64,000 nt of DNA, from the NCBI GenBank assembly GCA_964106645.2, contig OZ067039.1; one strand, given 5' to 3'. The translations under genes were made by a program, and so were the position numbers. Of this stretch, positions 40,956 to 55,049 are shown piece after piece. Position 1 is the first letter of the stretch; the number at the start of each line of letters is the position of its first letter. The notes under the pieces were generated by a model that saw only the letters and a list, made by a program, of their open reading frames with translations, had not been told where the DNA came from and did not search any database. This DNA comes from Podarcis pityusensis (taxonomy: Eukaryota).

Positions 40956-41836
40956 CTGAAAGCACAAGAGTATTAAGTATTCTGCTGCTTTGAAATTAAC
41001 AAAGTGATTTAGAAGCATTCCTGCTACCCCCTGTGCTGCTTCCTCAAACACACATTCATATTTGCAGATACATTTACAGACTACCTAGCCTATACAAGCA
41101 GACCAAGTCACACCCAGCAGGACTTAACCAATTTTCTTCTCTTTTTCTCCTCAACGCCTACCACATTTCTGAAAAGCAAATTCACATATGAGATGTGTAG
41201 CTACAAAAGAGCCCCTCAGGTAAGAGGTTCATATTGATAGGGACAGCTCGTCTTAAGGGGTGTAGTGGATACAGTATGCTCAAGCCCTCATCTAAGACCA
41301 TAAAGCAAGCATGTTTTTTCATTATACTGGATGGTTGTAAGTAACCAAGTACTCTTACTACAGAAGATCCAAGTTACAGTACCTTTAGGTTTATGGGAGA
41401 GAATGCAATTCTCCAGAAGCATGTCAAGGCAGTATGGCAGTTCACTGTGTCTTTGAACTGCAACTAAACTCTTATAGCCTTGCAACCAGAGTGCTGCCAA
41501 CAGCAATGCAGTGTACTCATAGCACCGAGCAGTCCTTTCACGTGTAAAAGGCATTTGAATACACCAATGTTCACTCTTAAAAGCCCTTTAATAGACATTG
41601 AGCACTAGTTTTAAGCTCCAAGGCTTGTTAGGCTGCTCACTTTCCAGTGACTTTTGAAAATCTGGTGGGCTAAGAGACTATAAAAATAAGAGAAAGGATA
41701 GGCCACAATTAACTGGCCCTGAAACCTAAGTGTAGCTTTAGAACAATGTCTTGATAATGAAGTGAGCTATAAATGCAACGATAATTTCCTATTCCAGATT
41801 TGCCTCCACCAACACTGCTAACAGATGCAGTTGTAC

Positions 41837-41990
41837 CTTTAAAGTTTCCACTTCTTGCTTTAATCTTTGGTTGTCTGCTTGCAAGTCCCGGTTCCTCTGT
41901 TCAGCCTGTACCAGCTGAGCCTCCAACTCTGCTTCCAGTTCTCTGCTGCCCTCCTGAAATTCTGCCAGCTCGTCACGGGCCTCCTGGAAA
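41837..41990 (-). CDS. NDEL1: NDEL1 exon 3 (154 bp)
   Basis: tacag|T TTC CAG ... TTA AAG|gtaca; [26 protein letters not shown]...ETLK. Confidence 0.95.
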
Positions 41991-42546
41991 CTGTAAGAAG
42001 AATGGTGATGATGAGTGAGGCATTACTCCAACCATGCCTCCATCCTGTCAATATGGTATTAGCAAGCCCATAACTACTTCTTCCCAGTGACCCTCAAAAG
42101 GACCAAAAGTTTTTACTGCTGGATTATGTGAAGGATTATTGTGTGGAGGTTAACCACGATTCTTGCTGAAAGCCTACTGAAAGAACTGCTGCACACTATC
42201 TATGTGCATCCCCATAGAAAGAAAAAAATAATCTTCCAAACAATAGAATCCTTTGTGTCACTTGAGACACTTGCTTATTCAAAATACTGTGTCTCTTGTG
42301 ATGCTATACTGTTTAAAGTTAATAAAGAGATTAATAAACAAGTTGTTTGGACACCAAGCAGTAGAAATCCCTGGGGCCCCAGAGAGCTGCTGTTTCCGCC
42401 TCCCCTTTAGTGCACTTCTCTTGCATCTAACTTACTCTCCCAACCAGTGGAATATTTGTAGTTTGCCCTTCCTTTTCCCCTAGCAACCAGAATCCATCTT
42501 TCCTGTGGTGAATTCACCTGAAATCAGGTGGTGGAGGAGGAGGAGT

Positions 42547-42798
42547 TTGGATTTGATATCCCGCTTTACCACATCCCGCTTTACCACTACCCTAAGGAGT
42601 CTCAAAGCAGCTAACAATCTCCTTTCCCTTCCTCTCCCACAACAAACACTCTGTGAGGTGAGTGAGGCTGAGATACTTCAAAGAAGTGTGACTAGTCCAA
42701 GGTCACCCAGCAGCTGCATGTGGGGGAGTGGAGGCAAGAACCCGGTTCACCAGATTACGAGTCCACTGCTCCTAACCACTACACCACACTGGCTCTCC
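42547..42798 (-). mobile_element. tRNA-derived (CORE/MIR-like) SINE
   Basis: Minus-strand head GAGAGCCAGTGTGGTGTAGTGGTTAG (A box) ... GGGTTCTTGCC (degenerate B box), then GTGACCTTGGACTAGTCAC core and an L2-like tail. Confidence 0.75.
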
Positions 42799-43479
42799 CT
42801 ATAAGTTATTTTCTAAACATATTACTACAGTAAGTGTGGCTGGATGTTAAAGAATCCTGTCCCTGCAAAAGGCAAAAGTGAAGGCTTTGCAAAGAGGCTT
42901 AGGCATGTCTCCTGCACTCATTCACAATTCACTGTATAGTTAATTTACTATACAATGGTCTACAAGTCTACTCAGAAGCAAGTCTCTTCAAGTTTAATGA
43001 GGCAGCGTAGGCTTTGGTTTAGGGTTGACACTGTGGAAAATCAGGGTTTGTATTTATTTTATTTAAACAATTTATTTACCACTTAAATACATTAGCATTT
43101 AAGTAGTTTGCTAATATATGCCTTTAACATCTGTATGACAAGCTGAAATGGAACAGGTTAAGCTGTTTCTAGTACAGAAATATAAATATGGGGAAAGATT
43201 AATCATGAATGTACTCTAATTTTGGGTTATGCCATGCCATTTATGCAGGGTGCCCAGAGCATTCTCAAAATTCAAAAACTGCCCACTGCTCCAAAAAAGC
43301 TTGCAACCCCTGGCCTAGCTTCTGTTGCCCACATCTGGGTAACCACTGAAAGGTATTTGTAAACTGCAGCCAGTTTACAAAATTGCAAAATTGAGCAGCT
43401 AGATTGTTGACTTGACTGGGATCAGATGGTCTGAACATAGTAAGACCGATCTGGCCTGACTACATTGGCTAACAGTTAG

Positions 43480-43775
43480 TTTCTGAGTGCAATTCAAAGT
43501 GTGGGTTTTGACCTATAGAGCCTTATGCTGCTCAGAACCCGCAATACTTTAGGGACCACTTCTCCTTGTATGAACTTACCCAAACCCAGGGATTTTCAGA
43601 GGCCCCTCTCTGTGTGCCTCTTCAGAGGGAGGTATAGAGGGTGACAACCTGAGAATGGGATTTTTCAAGGGTTGCTATCCATTTGTGGAATCCTCTCCCT
43701 ATGAAAACCTAGCACCATCACTGTCAGCTTTCAGACACCAGGCTAAGACATTCCTATTTGCCCAGGCTTTTGATT
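43480..43775 (+). mobile_element. Old L2-like LINE fragment
   Basis: Degenerate similarity to 62620-62920 (gcaattcaaagtg ... tgtggaatcctctccc ... ttcagacaccaggctaagaca). Confidence 0.55.
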
Positions 43776-44802
43776 AATTGGGATAATACTGTGGTATGTT
43801 TTCTGGCCTGTTTGTGGTGTTAATATTTTATTTGGGTACAGTAGGCTTCAACTTTTTTACAATATTACTGGATGAGTGCCTTTAGATAAAAAACTAAGTC
43901 ACTTTGAGACTCTTAAAAGTGATGAATAAACAAGGTACTAATAATCTGAGGATGCTGTTGAATCCTTTTTGCTATTGCTAAAAAAAATAAAAATTGAAAA
44001 CCACTGCCAATCCCCCGCAAATTTCCCAATAGAGTAGTTTCTACCCATCCCTGTGTTAACTCCTTAAAAACTCACACCACACACCTTGTTCAGGAAGCCA
44101 ACATCACTGCTTTTTTTTCCTTTCCTTTTTCAAACCATACTGCTCTAGGCAAGAAGAAGCTAACAAGACTACAAGACTATACAAAAATTACCCACCAAGT
44201 CAGAACAATGAATCTACTATCTATCTAATCTGGGGGGGGGGGGTTCTGGTAGCCCATAATGGCTGTCTTTGTCTTTCATTCCATACCAGTATTCAGGCAG
44301 GAAACTGAATTCATTCAGATCACGCATGTGCTGGGCTGCTATCATGCAATATACAAGAATCAGAGGCTTAAACAGCATCCTAATCACTAGAGGGAGTCAG
44401 AAGCTCCTATAATCTCAGAACGACCTTATTTACCAAAATTAGGCTGCACTGTACCTAAACTAAACTTCAGTAAAACTAGAACTTTAAAAGATATACAGTT
44501 TAACCCCACAGTGAAGCATGAGACAATCTGCCAAAGGCAGCAATCAGCAGCATTCTTGAGATGATAAAGGACCCCATTGTTTGCAAAGGCAGATTTCAAA
44601 CAGTGCAAGGCCACTACTGACAAAGAAATTCTATTCCTGCATCCCAGAGCACATAGCTCACAGCTTTGCTGAAGACACGTGGCTTCCAACCACTTGCTTC
44701 TTACTGCTGCGACAGACATTTAAAAGGTTACCTCAAAGAAAGCAATTTAAATGCATTAACTACCTAGAAATGAAACTCAGTATACTACTACTAGAACCAT
44801 AC

Positions 44803-44888
44803 CTTTGTTTATATTTCAAAGATAACTCCTTCCAGTATGCAGTTTCTTCCTCTGGACATGAGAACTCAGGGATTTCTTCACAGTCCAT
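44803..44888 (-). CDS. NDEL1: NDEL1 exon 2 coding part (exon 44803-44900, start codon)
   Basis: ttttgcag|GTGACC ATG ATC ATG GAC ... CAA AG|gtatg; [28 protein letters not shown]. Confidence 0.93.
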
Positions 44889-45079
44889 GATCATGGTCAC
44901 CTGCAAAATCCAGAGTGTTTAATAGGAAGCTCCTGATATGGCCTACTGGTTTCAGACAAGCCCCAGGACTCTCAGCATTCCAAAGCAACAAGTAGAACTA
45001 TACCTCACCTTCTATTCATCTCAAAAGAAATGAGTATGGGTGATTGGCATATTTTTTTTATCAGCAATTAAAATGTTTT

Positions 45080-45215
45080 AAGTCTGGGTCATGCTGGCCA
45101 CATGACCCAGAAGCTGTACGCCGGCTCCCTCGGCCAATAAAGCGAGATGAGCGCCGCAACCCCAGAGTCGGTCACGACTGGACCTAATGGTCAGGGATCC
45201 CTTTACCTTTACCTT
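45080..45215 (+). mobile_element. Sauria SINE 3' fragment
   Basis: ggtcatgctggccacatgaccc ... ggtcagggatccctttACCTTTACCTT tail, typical of Sauria SINE. Confidence 0.75.
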
Positions 45216-47183
45216 AAGTCTGGGTTGAACCAGGCCATCAAGAGTTCTCTGAAGATGCATTGTTGCATTTAAATTGAATCCGACTTTTGGGAAAACAAAA
45301 TAAAAACACACCCAAAATGTACCATGCTATTCAAAGAAGGGTTAACGGAGTTGGAACAAATCCAGCTAAGGAATATGCAAATGATCACATTTTAAAGCAG
45401 GCATTGGCTTTTCAGCCAGGTGGTAAAACCTGTAATTACTGTAACTAACACTTCTATCACCCACTGAATAAGATCATAGAAGTAAAGTCTGGTCAGCCAT
45501 TTAAGCCGAGCAAAGGTTTGTTCCTGCCCTACAGACAGTGAGAGGCTGAAAGGTTTCAAACTGCCCTTTCTCTAGCACCTGAATAATGAATAGAAATTGG
45601 CAGAGTAGCTCTACAACATTATCTGTTCAGAAGCACAAAGATAATGAACTGCTTTGACATGCCAACAAAAACATAGGGTAGCACTTCAAGAGTACATTGA
45701 AGGCATAGATAAAGCACTATAGCTGATGGAGGCTAGAAGCTCTACTAGAGGTATGGGGAATCTCCAGACTGTGACCCAATTAGGCCCAGCATGGGTCCCA
45801 ATTTAGCCTGCTATCTCCCTTATACTACACAAAACTTGTTCCAAATCTGACATGGTATGTGACATCAGCTGAGGACAGGTGGAAACATGGTTGCCAGTGC
45901 ACAACCTTAAAGTAGACTCCTGGTTGTGCTGAGAGGTGCTCAGTTCAAGCTTCCTGGTATCAACTATGCTATTGATTTCTAGCAGAGAACTTGCACAAGT
46001 GACGCTGATACAAAACCCCACGCATATGTTAAGTAAAATAGAAACATCGCCACCCGATCCCACCCACCATGGCCCCCTCCACCTCTTCCCCCCTTTTCTT
46101 CCTAATATAACAGTAATGTCTCAACAAATGAAACTGATCTGTAGAAAATGTAACTTGAAAAAAGGCATTGCACATACTTTTATAAACCAAGAAATCTTTA
46201 ATAAAAAATACATTAAACAAAAAAACTGTGCTACTGATTTCCTCATGGGGAACTCCACAGTCAATCCTTGAAGCGACCTGCAAAGAATGCAGAAGCATTT
46301 TTTGCAAGCTCCTTGCAAAGAGCCCTGGTCAGCACTCCCCCTAGTGCTATGACCCTAATCAAGATCACTGAAGCTTTTTAAAATGTTAAACATAGGCAAT
46401 CTCTCATAACACATCTAGTTTAGCCCTCTGTAGTGCACGATTCCAAGCAGCGTTTGTTCCTCCTGTTTTATTTTTCTTATTTAACAGGATTTATATAGCA
46501 CTTGATCAAAACCTCTTAGCAAGTTACAATAAATATACATTAAGATTACCAATAAATTTAGATATCAAAAGCAAGTTCAATTTTTTTAAAGGCCAATAGG
46601 ACTCATTATATATAATTTTTTACTGCCCTTAAATCATATTCCTACAAAAGTTTGAAAAATAAAATAATAATAATACAATTAAAATTTAGTCAGCTGCTTC
46701 CTTCCAGAGGACTGTTAAAGCCCCCATTCCTTCAACAGATGATCACTGCTAGCATCTGAGTCAATGTTGCAGCCACTCAACTACAAAGAAGGCATTTGTT
46801 TTACTAACTTTTGAGGTGCCACACAGGAAGGAATGAACTGCATTCACGATAGCTTTTCATCCTCCGCATGTATATAGATTCTAATGCTGTTAACCAAAGA
46901 ATACTGCTGAATTCTGACAAGCATCAATAGCCATTTCTCCCTCCAGGGAAACAAACTGGCGCATCCCACATTTCTGTGACCCACATTTCTGACCTGAACA
47001 TTCAAAGCACACACATAGTATTCTACTTCATCTTACTGTACAAAACATGACAAAGAAAAAAACGTAACAGTTCAGAACTACAGTTCTTAAATAGCAGTAT
47101 CATCTGAGGCCAGTACTTTGAGAAAAGTATCATGCATAATGATAGTGGAGAAATATAAACACTGAGTAATCAAGAACAAGGTA

Positions 47184-47441
47184 CCGTATTTTTCGCTCTA
47201 TAAGACGCACCAGACCACAAGACGCACCTAGTTTTTGGAGGAAAACAAGAAAAAAAATATTCTGAATCTCAGAAGCCAGAACAGCAAGAGGGATCGCTGC
47301 GCAGCAAAAGCAGCGATCCCTCTTGTTGTTCTGGCTTCTGGGATAGCTGCGCAGCCTGCATTCGCTCCATAACACACACACACACATTTCCCCTTACTTT
47401 TTAGGAGGGAAAAAGTGAGTCTTATAGAGCAAAAAATACGG
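47184..47441. mobile_element. Tc1/mariner-superfamily MITE, related TIR to 6179-6624
   Basis: TA|CCGTATTTTTCGCTCTATAAGAC ... GTCTTATAGAGCAAAAAATACGG|TA. Confidence 0.85.
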
Positions 47442-47524
47442 TAAATGTATTTCCTGCCCAATACTTTATGGATACAAAAAGGGTCAAGGTGACTTATAAG
47501 TTAAATATAAATCTACTCCATATA

Positions 47525-47765
47525 CAGTGGTACCTCGGGTTAAGTACTTAATTCGTTCCAGAGGTCCATACTTAACTGAAACTGTTCTTAACCTGAAGCA
47601 CCACTTTAGCTAATGGGGCCTCCTGCTGCTGCTGCACCGCCGGAGCACGATTTCTGTTCTCACCCTGAAGGAAAGTTCTTAACCTGAAGCACCATTTCTG
47701 GGTTAGTGGAGTCTGTAACCTGAAGCGTATGTAACCTGAAGCGTATGTAACCCGAGGTACCACTG
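47525..47765. mobile_element. Tigger-like MITE, copy 1
   Basis: TA|CAGTGGTACCTCGGGTTA ... TAACCCGAGGTACCACTG|TA. Confidence 0.9.
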
Positions 47766-48753
47766 TACAGAACAACTTTTAAATGATAATTTTATAAAAA
47801 CAGTATCATAGTCCAATGGACAACAGATTGGAGGTCATGGAGATGAATATTTTGGTCACTGGGCTATGATATTGTTTCAACTTATGGGTTACCTTTTTAT
47901 TATTAATTTATTATTTAATTATTATTACCTTGACTTTTTTGTGTCCATCTAGAATATAAATGCTGACCTATCATTCTTACATTCTGTTACCCCCATTCCA
48001 ATCACACAACTGCACTGGATCATAACCAATGCACCTGATCCAGTACAGTCTCCCTGAACTGGGACAAAGAATCCTAGCATGTAAACAGACATCATTGCAA
48101 TAAGTGACTCAAGGAACAGATCAAATTGCTAAGTGGCATTTTGGGACTTGGCAGACTCTGCCTTCTCAGTGTGGTAACATCAATGGTGTTTGTGCCAAGG
48201 TACTATTTAAAACAGTCTGCACCATTCCAGGAATGAACTATTTGTGGGTTCTTCCACCCAATAGTGTGCTGTTTTCAAATGACTTCTTCCAAGGACTTCA
48301 CTTGGATTTACAGTTTAAATTTAAAGCACCAAAATGGCAACATGAGACGCTTCGAACAAGCATGACTGAAGTAGTGCAACAGTAGTTTGCTCTCAGAGGC
48401 CTCTCAGAAATGAAACTCAACAGGTCTGGAAAAATACAGTCTGTTACAAGCTGATTATGTTGTGGCTTAGGCCTAATAACATGGATAGCACAATTTCCAC
48501 AAAAATGATAATTGGCAACCATTGTGGAGAAGGGATTTCAAATGTAGTACATCTTTGCTTGCAAGTTTCCAGGCAGCCTCTTCGCAAATCAGTCCTAAGC
48601 AAAAACAGCACAGAAGTATGGAGGAAGTGAAAAACTAAGCAGATGAAGAGACTTCAAAAGCAGGCTATGGTCCTTAGAACAGGTAGTTTATGAAGCATGA
48701 AGTCAAATCCTCCAACAGCACTGACTGACATTTTGCAAAGTCTAATGCGAGTA

Positions 48754-48995
48754 CAGTTGTACCTCTGGTTACGTACTTAATTCGTTCTGGAGGTCCGTTC
48801 TTAACCTGAAACTGTTCTTAACCTGAAACACCACTTTAGCTAATGGGGCCTCCTGCTGCTGCCGCACCGCCGAAGCATGATTTCTGTTCTCATCCTGAAT
48901 CAAAGTTCTTAACCCGAGGTACTAATTCTGGGTTAGCGGAGTCTGTAACCTGAAGAGTATGTAACCTGAAGCGTATGTAACCCGAGGTACCACTG
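48754..48995. mobile_element. Tigger-like MITE, copy 2
   Basis: Same TIRs and internal sequence as copy 1; TA flanks. Confidence 0.9.
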
Positions 48996-51900
48996 TATAT
49001 TTGATTTGTAAACTCTGTTTGGCCAATTAATGGAAAGGAAAGGAAATAAAATGTAAATGTGCACTAAGAATGCAAAAAAGTCTTCAAGAATGGGGAGTCC
49101 TCAACAGATAACTCTCTTCTCCCCCTCCACTCTGCAGCTCTAATCTGAAATCTTCAGAAACTGCTCACACTAATGAAATTCCCTGTCGCAAAATGCACCT
49201 AGAATAGCAGTTTCGAACACTGAATGTGAGCCATACACCTAATATTAAAGAAAGTCTCTACTGCACTCCAGTCAAGTAATTAGCAGCTTGAGAGCATCCC
49301 AAAAGAACTTTTCTACAGCTTTACATGCAGCCCCCGGAACATAACCCCCACACAATATGTGAACCTACTATAACTGCTAACTATGGCTAGCTAATTTCAA
49401 TCTCTGATTTAAGGGCTAATCGTGGTTTCAATTTCCAAATTAAAGGCAACGTATGTCTAGTGGTAACTATGGTTACACTGGAAATGCTTAATTATACTTA
49501 ACACTAATCTGGGGAAAGTGTGGGGAGCAGTTGGAGGGGGGATTGCCAGTTGGCCCAGCATAGCATCTGAACAGAATTAGGAATAAAGCCCATCATCCAG
49601 AGGCACTGCCACAGCTTCTGTGTTGCCTTCAAAAAAGAAAAAGGATTTGCAAAGCAGAGGTTCAAACTGAAAAATAAGCTTGTGTGCATATGTATCACTA
49701 AGTACAATGTTCTAAAAAATGTTATCCACAGTATTATTCCTTAATTGCATTCTTACAATCTATGTAGGAAAGCAACTAGAAAATGGCACAGACACACATC
49801 TTTGTGATGTGTAAGATTAGAGCACAAGTTTGAGACAAATGGACAGCAGACAAGCTTGAATTCTGCCAGATACATCTCTAAGACTCCTCTCTGATCACAT
49901 CCCAAAGACACATGTTTTGAGGTCACTTCATGTTCACTTCACTGCACATTTTAAAATGCATGTAGGAAGCAGTCATAAATTTATGAGGGGGGGACAAATA
50001 CCAAATTCACATTTTAAGTGGCGATTACTCAAGCAAACAATTATTTATCTTCCTCAGAAGTGTGTTTTAGCATTATCATAAGATCTAACTCACTTCAGAA
50101 TACTGAATCATACGCTTCTGGCAACTGGCTGGGAGAGGATGTCAGCACTTCCTGAAACCTGTGTTTATCAGATGCTGCTCTGGAATCTACAGAGATTAGT
50201 AAGGTCACATGATGATTACTCAATGAAAGGTCTCAGTACTACTAAAAACAACCAGTTTCATCAAGGAAAGGAAGAATTTACAAACTGCAGTCTCTGATCA
50301 CCTCTTCACTGATACCAGCTGCCCAGTAAGCTTACAAGAAAATGATGAATGAAGTTGTAGAGTACCAAAAGAAGAGAATAAAACGATATCCACCCATGGG
50401 GGCAGAGCAGAATAAAGTATGTGGCACATGTAGAGAACCAGGGCAGATCCGGGTTCAGAACAGGTCGCTGTTCATTTCCTTTTTGTACCTGTTCAAATAA
50501 AAACAACACCTCTCAAGACTATATGATGGCAAATAAGAACTGTAAAGAGAATCTACACTGCAGTTGCATTTAGATGTACATGGTAAGCTATGGTTATGGT
50601 TTACCATGGATGCAGAGATCATTCTTACTTTACTTCTCCCTACTAATGAGCAGCAGCAACAAGCTATAATCCTTGGCTCAACAGAACAGGGGACTGAGAT
50701 GTATTTTTCTCCAAAGAAGCTGCCGTTTGGAGCAAAGCAAAACTTGATGCTCGGTTTGGACATTGGGTGAGAGCCAACATGTTAGTTGTGGAAGTAGTAA
50801 TGTGGCACATCTTAACTGCCACAAAGTACAATAAAAGTAGCAAATAAGCAATATATTTTGAATGTGCAAGTCACTCAATGGATTTGGCTGTTGCTCTGAA
50901 TAAGATTCCTGCTACCAGGATGGCCATTGGATGAGTGGTTGCTACAAGTGAGTATGAACCATAACACTTAGCCAAAGGTGATGGTTTGTACTTCCACTTG
51001 CAATCAAAAGCAATTTCTGCATTCAATGTGAACTAGTAACCATGGCTTACTGTGAATTACCCAAATAGAGTTCTGCATTTATAATTTTTAAAAGCCATCT
51101 GCAAGAACAAGGAAAGCAAATGTGTGGTGTGGTAGGGGAAACTTAACATGATTCTTTATACGATGACCTAAGTTCTTCTGAGAAGGTTTATTAAAATTAA
51201 GGATAGCATTCATTCAATAGGACCCATGGAGGGGAAGGTGGGAAGTCCAGCAATTCAGGGAAATATCTAAATATGGATATGTAATTTGTATTGTCATAAC
51301 TCTATATTTGTAAAATCAAATAAAAATTTCCAAAAAAAAGGTATAACATTCATTCAATCTTTCCCTGCCATTTTACTGGGGGTGGGGGGGAGGTTTATTT
51401 AGTGTTCCTCTGGCAAGTACATTACTCAAACAAAAACCACCTCAATTGCAATAGCCTCAAATGCACATTTATTTCCAGTTCCTAAACTTAGATACAAGAA
51501 CGTCAGAGAACCACTGAGTGGGGGGACGACGACGACGACCTATCAATCTATAGTCATTTGTCTACATTTAGAAGCACAGCATTATGGTTCCAGACTTCAG
51601 TTTTTGAGACCAGTTAAATGTTCTCACTGAACTGGTTTACTAAAATGCATATATCCTTAAAATGGCATTAACAAAATAAACTCAATATTTGTCACAGACA
51701 GCACACAAACAACTTCCTTGCAGGATATGAAAACAGAATGCACTTTAAATTAGGAATCAGTTCAAGAAACTGATTCTAAAGTCTGAAATATCTCAATACT
51801 GCATACACAAATATAGTACTTTAACACAGATTAGTTTGTGAGCACTGTGCTGTGTTTTACTTTCTTTTTCATAACAGCTTATTAACCTTTCTAAGCCCCA

Positions 51901-54900
51901 AATATGAAGGAATGATGCACATACAAGTTTTATATACACCAGACCAATAGCTGAGTTGCATGGTCTCCTTTTCCTTCCTTGGAATAGTAACTGATCGTGA
52001 TACATCTAAATCTAGTGAAACTTTCATCAACTTATTTCTCCCTTAAAAGCTTGTTTGCTGTTGCCACATATCAAAGTTTGTATTGGTCCCAGCATTAACT
52101 TGAAAAGCATGCACTTTGTAAATGATGCAATTTTAGGCAATCAGAGTTCACATGTCCTCAGAGCTGCAGAGTCTCACTCTCTCTAAATTCAGTTGTGAAT
52201 CAGCCACTCCCTCCCCTTTGCTCTTATTATTGCCAAGCAGCAAGCTTCCTGGGCGCAGCTCTGACGCTCTCAAGTACTTATTACAAAGCTCTACACTTTT
52301 AAAGAGAAGTCATCCTAAATCAGACCCTAACTGCATATTGTGGCCAGAAGCCACACTGCATGCACATAGTTCAATGATGTAAACTTCCCCTGACTTTTTT
52401 TTTTTAATGAAAAGTAGCAACTGGAGGCAGCAATAATAAATAAAGGCAGGAGAGGGCTCTTACCACTTTCCCTGCTAACCATTCTCCTTCCAATGTCACC
52501 CATGCAAGACTGCACCCCACCCCTGCAACATAAGAGATACACGTTCACATATTTTCACCTGCAGTGAGAAAGGAAAGCTTGAGGTGAAAGAATTTGGAAT
52601 TTCACCTACAGGCACCTAAGCAGCAGCAGTTTGATACCTGCAAGTCCATTGCAAAAAGCAATGCTGAAGACATGTATCAGCATTTCAGTCTAATATGTAT
52701 TGTTGCAGATAATGTATCATAAAGACAAATTGACAAGAACCATCCACAAAAGAATATTTGCCCATGTTATAGAACCAGCAGTGTGCCCATGCACTCAAGA
52801 CACAGGACCAGATTATGATGTGTCATCTTGACAGAAGACCACACAACAATGATCCACTACTGCTCCACATTCATTTTCAACCTCCAAGCCCTCAATGAAC
52901 TCACAAAGAACCTACTGGTGCCCAGCTATTTCCCTACCGATAAAACCTGCAGGATGTGTCCACTTTCTTCATGGGGCCCTAGGGCTGGACTATACTGTAA
53001 CCACACAAGGCTTTTAACTGAAGCTATACTGGAGTTCCATGTAATCTCTGGCTTTTAAGGTTTGGATGGAACCAGAAAAATTAAGGGTTATGTTTTCAGC
53101 ATACAGTACAAACCATTAGGCAAAGAGGTCACCAGGCATTTGAGAAATCTGCATCAATAGTTATAATAATCATACTTATTATTAACATTTATTCATCACC
53201 TACAGAAGAATGTCAAGTAGACTAACAATGAAAAGACAAAATAAAACATCAACATTACACATTTTAAAATACGTAACACAAGCAATCATTAAGTATATCA
53301 CAGCACAATTAAGAAACATCAGTATGTCTTGACATCAGTATGTTCACTAGAAAAAGTGACCAATGAAATAACAAGTTAAAATATACCCCCAAAAGCAGGA
53401 AAAGTTTGGTCTTTGCCTGGTGCCGAAAAGATGTTAATGAGGTTGCCAGGAAAGCCTCTTTGGGGACATCATGCCAAGACTCTGACATCAAATCTATCCA
53501 CATCGTGAAAGGTAAACTAAAGGCTTTCACTTCCTATCCTATCTGAAGTAGCTGAACTCTCAATGAAGGCTTTACTTTCCAGAGTCTGAACCCCATCTCA
53601 TATGAATCTGCAAGGGCCAATACCATGAAAGCAGTTGTATCACCATAAATTTGAGTGTAAGATATGTCTAATACCAACAATGCAAAAATTGCCTCTGTGA
53701 TTGCAGAACATGGTTTAAGACATACGCAGTAAGGGCAAAAAACCGGATGGGTCAGGGAGCAACGAGAACAGCAGCAACTAAGATTTTACTCTGCAGCTGT
53801 CTCAAACAAAAAGCCTTCAACTCTTTGGGGCAGAAAACCATAATTAGGATTTGCTTTGCGTGATTTGGTGGGTTGGTGTTTTTTGTTGTTGTTGTTTACT
53901 TTTGATCTAGTATAGCCACCTTCCAACAACTTGATTATCTCCAAAATAAAATGCAGCATCTGTAACCATACCTGCCTCTTCCCTCCACTAAGCGAAAGAA
54001 AAATATTTTCAGTGACTCATGGGAACTTAGTGCTCTGACATCAACAGTATATTTGTGTATCCTAGCAACCATCTGCCAGCAAAACACCTAAGCTTTTCTC
54101 TTTCCCAAATTTGGCAGGCTAGTAGTTAAAGATTCTACAGTGAAAGTCAACATTAACAAAGGAGGAGTTGTTTGTATAAAACATCTATTATCACTATTAC
54201 AGTACTGGTGCACATGTAGAAGACAGACCATATCCAGTGTGATCAACTATTTGACACAGGAGAAGGGTGCAGAGGGAGTGGAGGGAAATGGAGGCAAGAG
54301 TAATAAGGGGAGTGGGGGAAGATATGCTTTCAGTTCACTTCAGTTGCATATAATGGAAGCAACCTCATTTTTTGTTCTCATCCCTATTGACATGTAAGAA
54401 GAGGGTGGGGGCGGGAAGGTTACCGGTTTATATTGTTTTTGTTCTTTGTCTTGTATTTTTATGATGTGCACTGCCCTGAAATCTACAGGTGAGGGGTGGT
54501 ATAAAATTTCATAAATAATAAAAAACTCAATTTCAGAGTAAAAGGAGACCCAGGGCAGTGGAGTTGAATCCTGACCCTTCCTCAACTTATCTGTCCATTT
54601 CCAATTACTGCAGGCTTTCTCCCCTGGATGAGGTGCAACACAAGAAGTGAGCCCAATGGGAATTAACAGAGGAAGACATTATTCACCTCACTTAGACAGC
54701 TGTCGGATGTAAACATTAAAAACATACGCATTTAATATATACAGTGTGACATGTGACCAAGTAAGTGTCTCAGCATGTCCAGCTTAACCTTAAAGGGTTA
54801 AGCCAAATCCTTAAAGTGGGCAGTCATCTTTTTCCTATCACAACACACAAAGACTCAGAAGGAAGGTCATATACTCTTTGACACCTCCTAATTTAAAAGC

Positions 54901-55049
54901 AAGGTTTACTCGCTTGGGAAATTCACAAACATCGCAAAAAAGACCTTGCAAGAGACGGCCCTGAGTCACTCCTGGGAACAGACTTCAATACTGGAAGGAA
55001 TCCAAGCCGCCCAAGATTTTACACACACGGGGATTTGGGCCTCGCTTGT

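Noticed and set aside
42725-42798. tRNA gene
   Set aside because: A/B boxes belong to a SINE head; the B box is degenerate and no cloverleaf is evident.
25838-44888. Assignment as NDE1
   Set aside because: The PLSV C-terminus and [12 protein letters not shown]-terminus are NDEL1-type.
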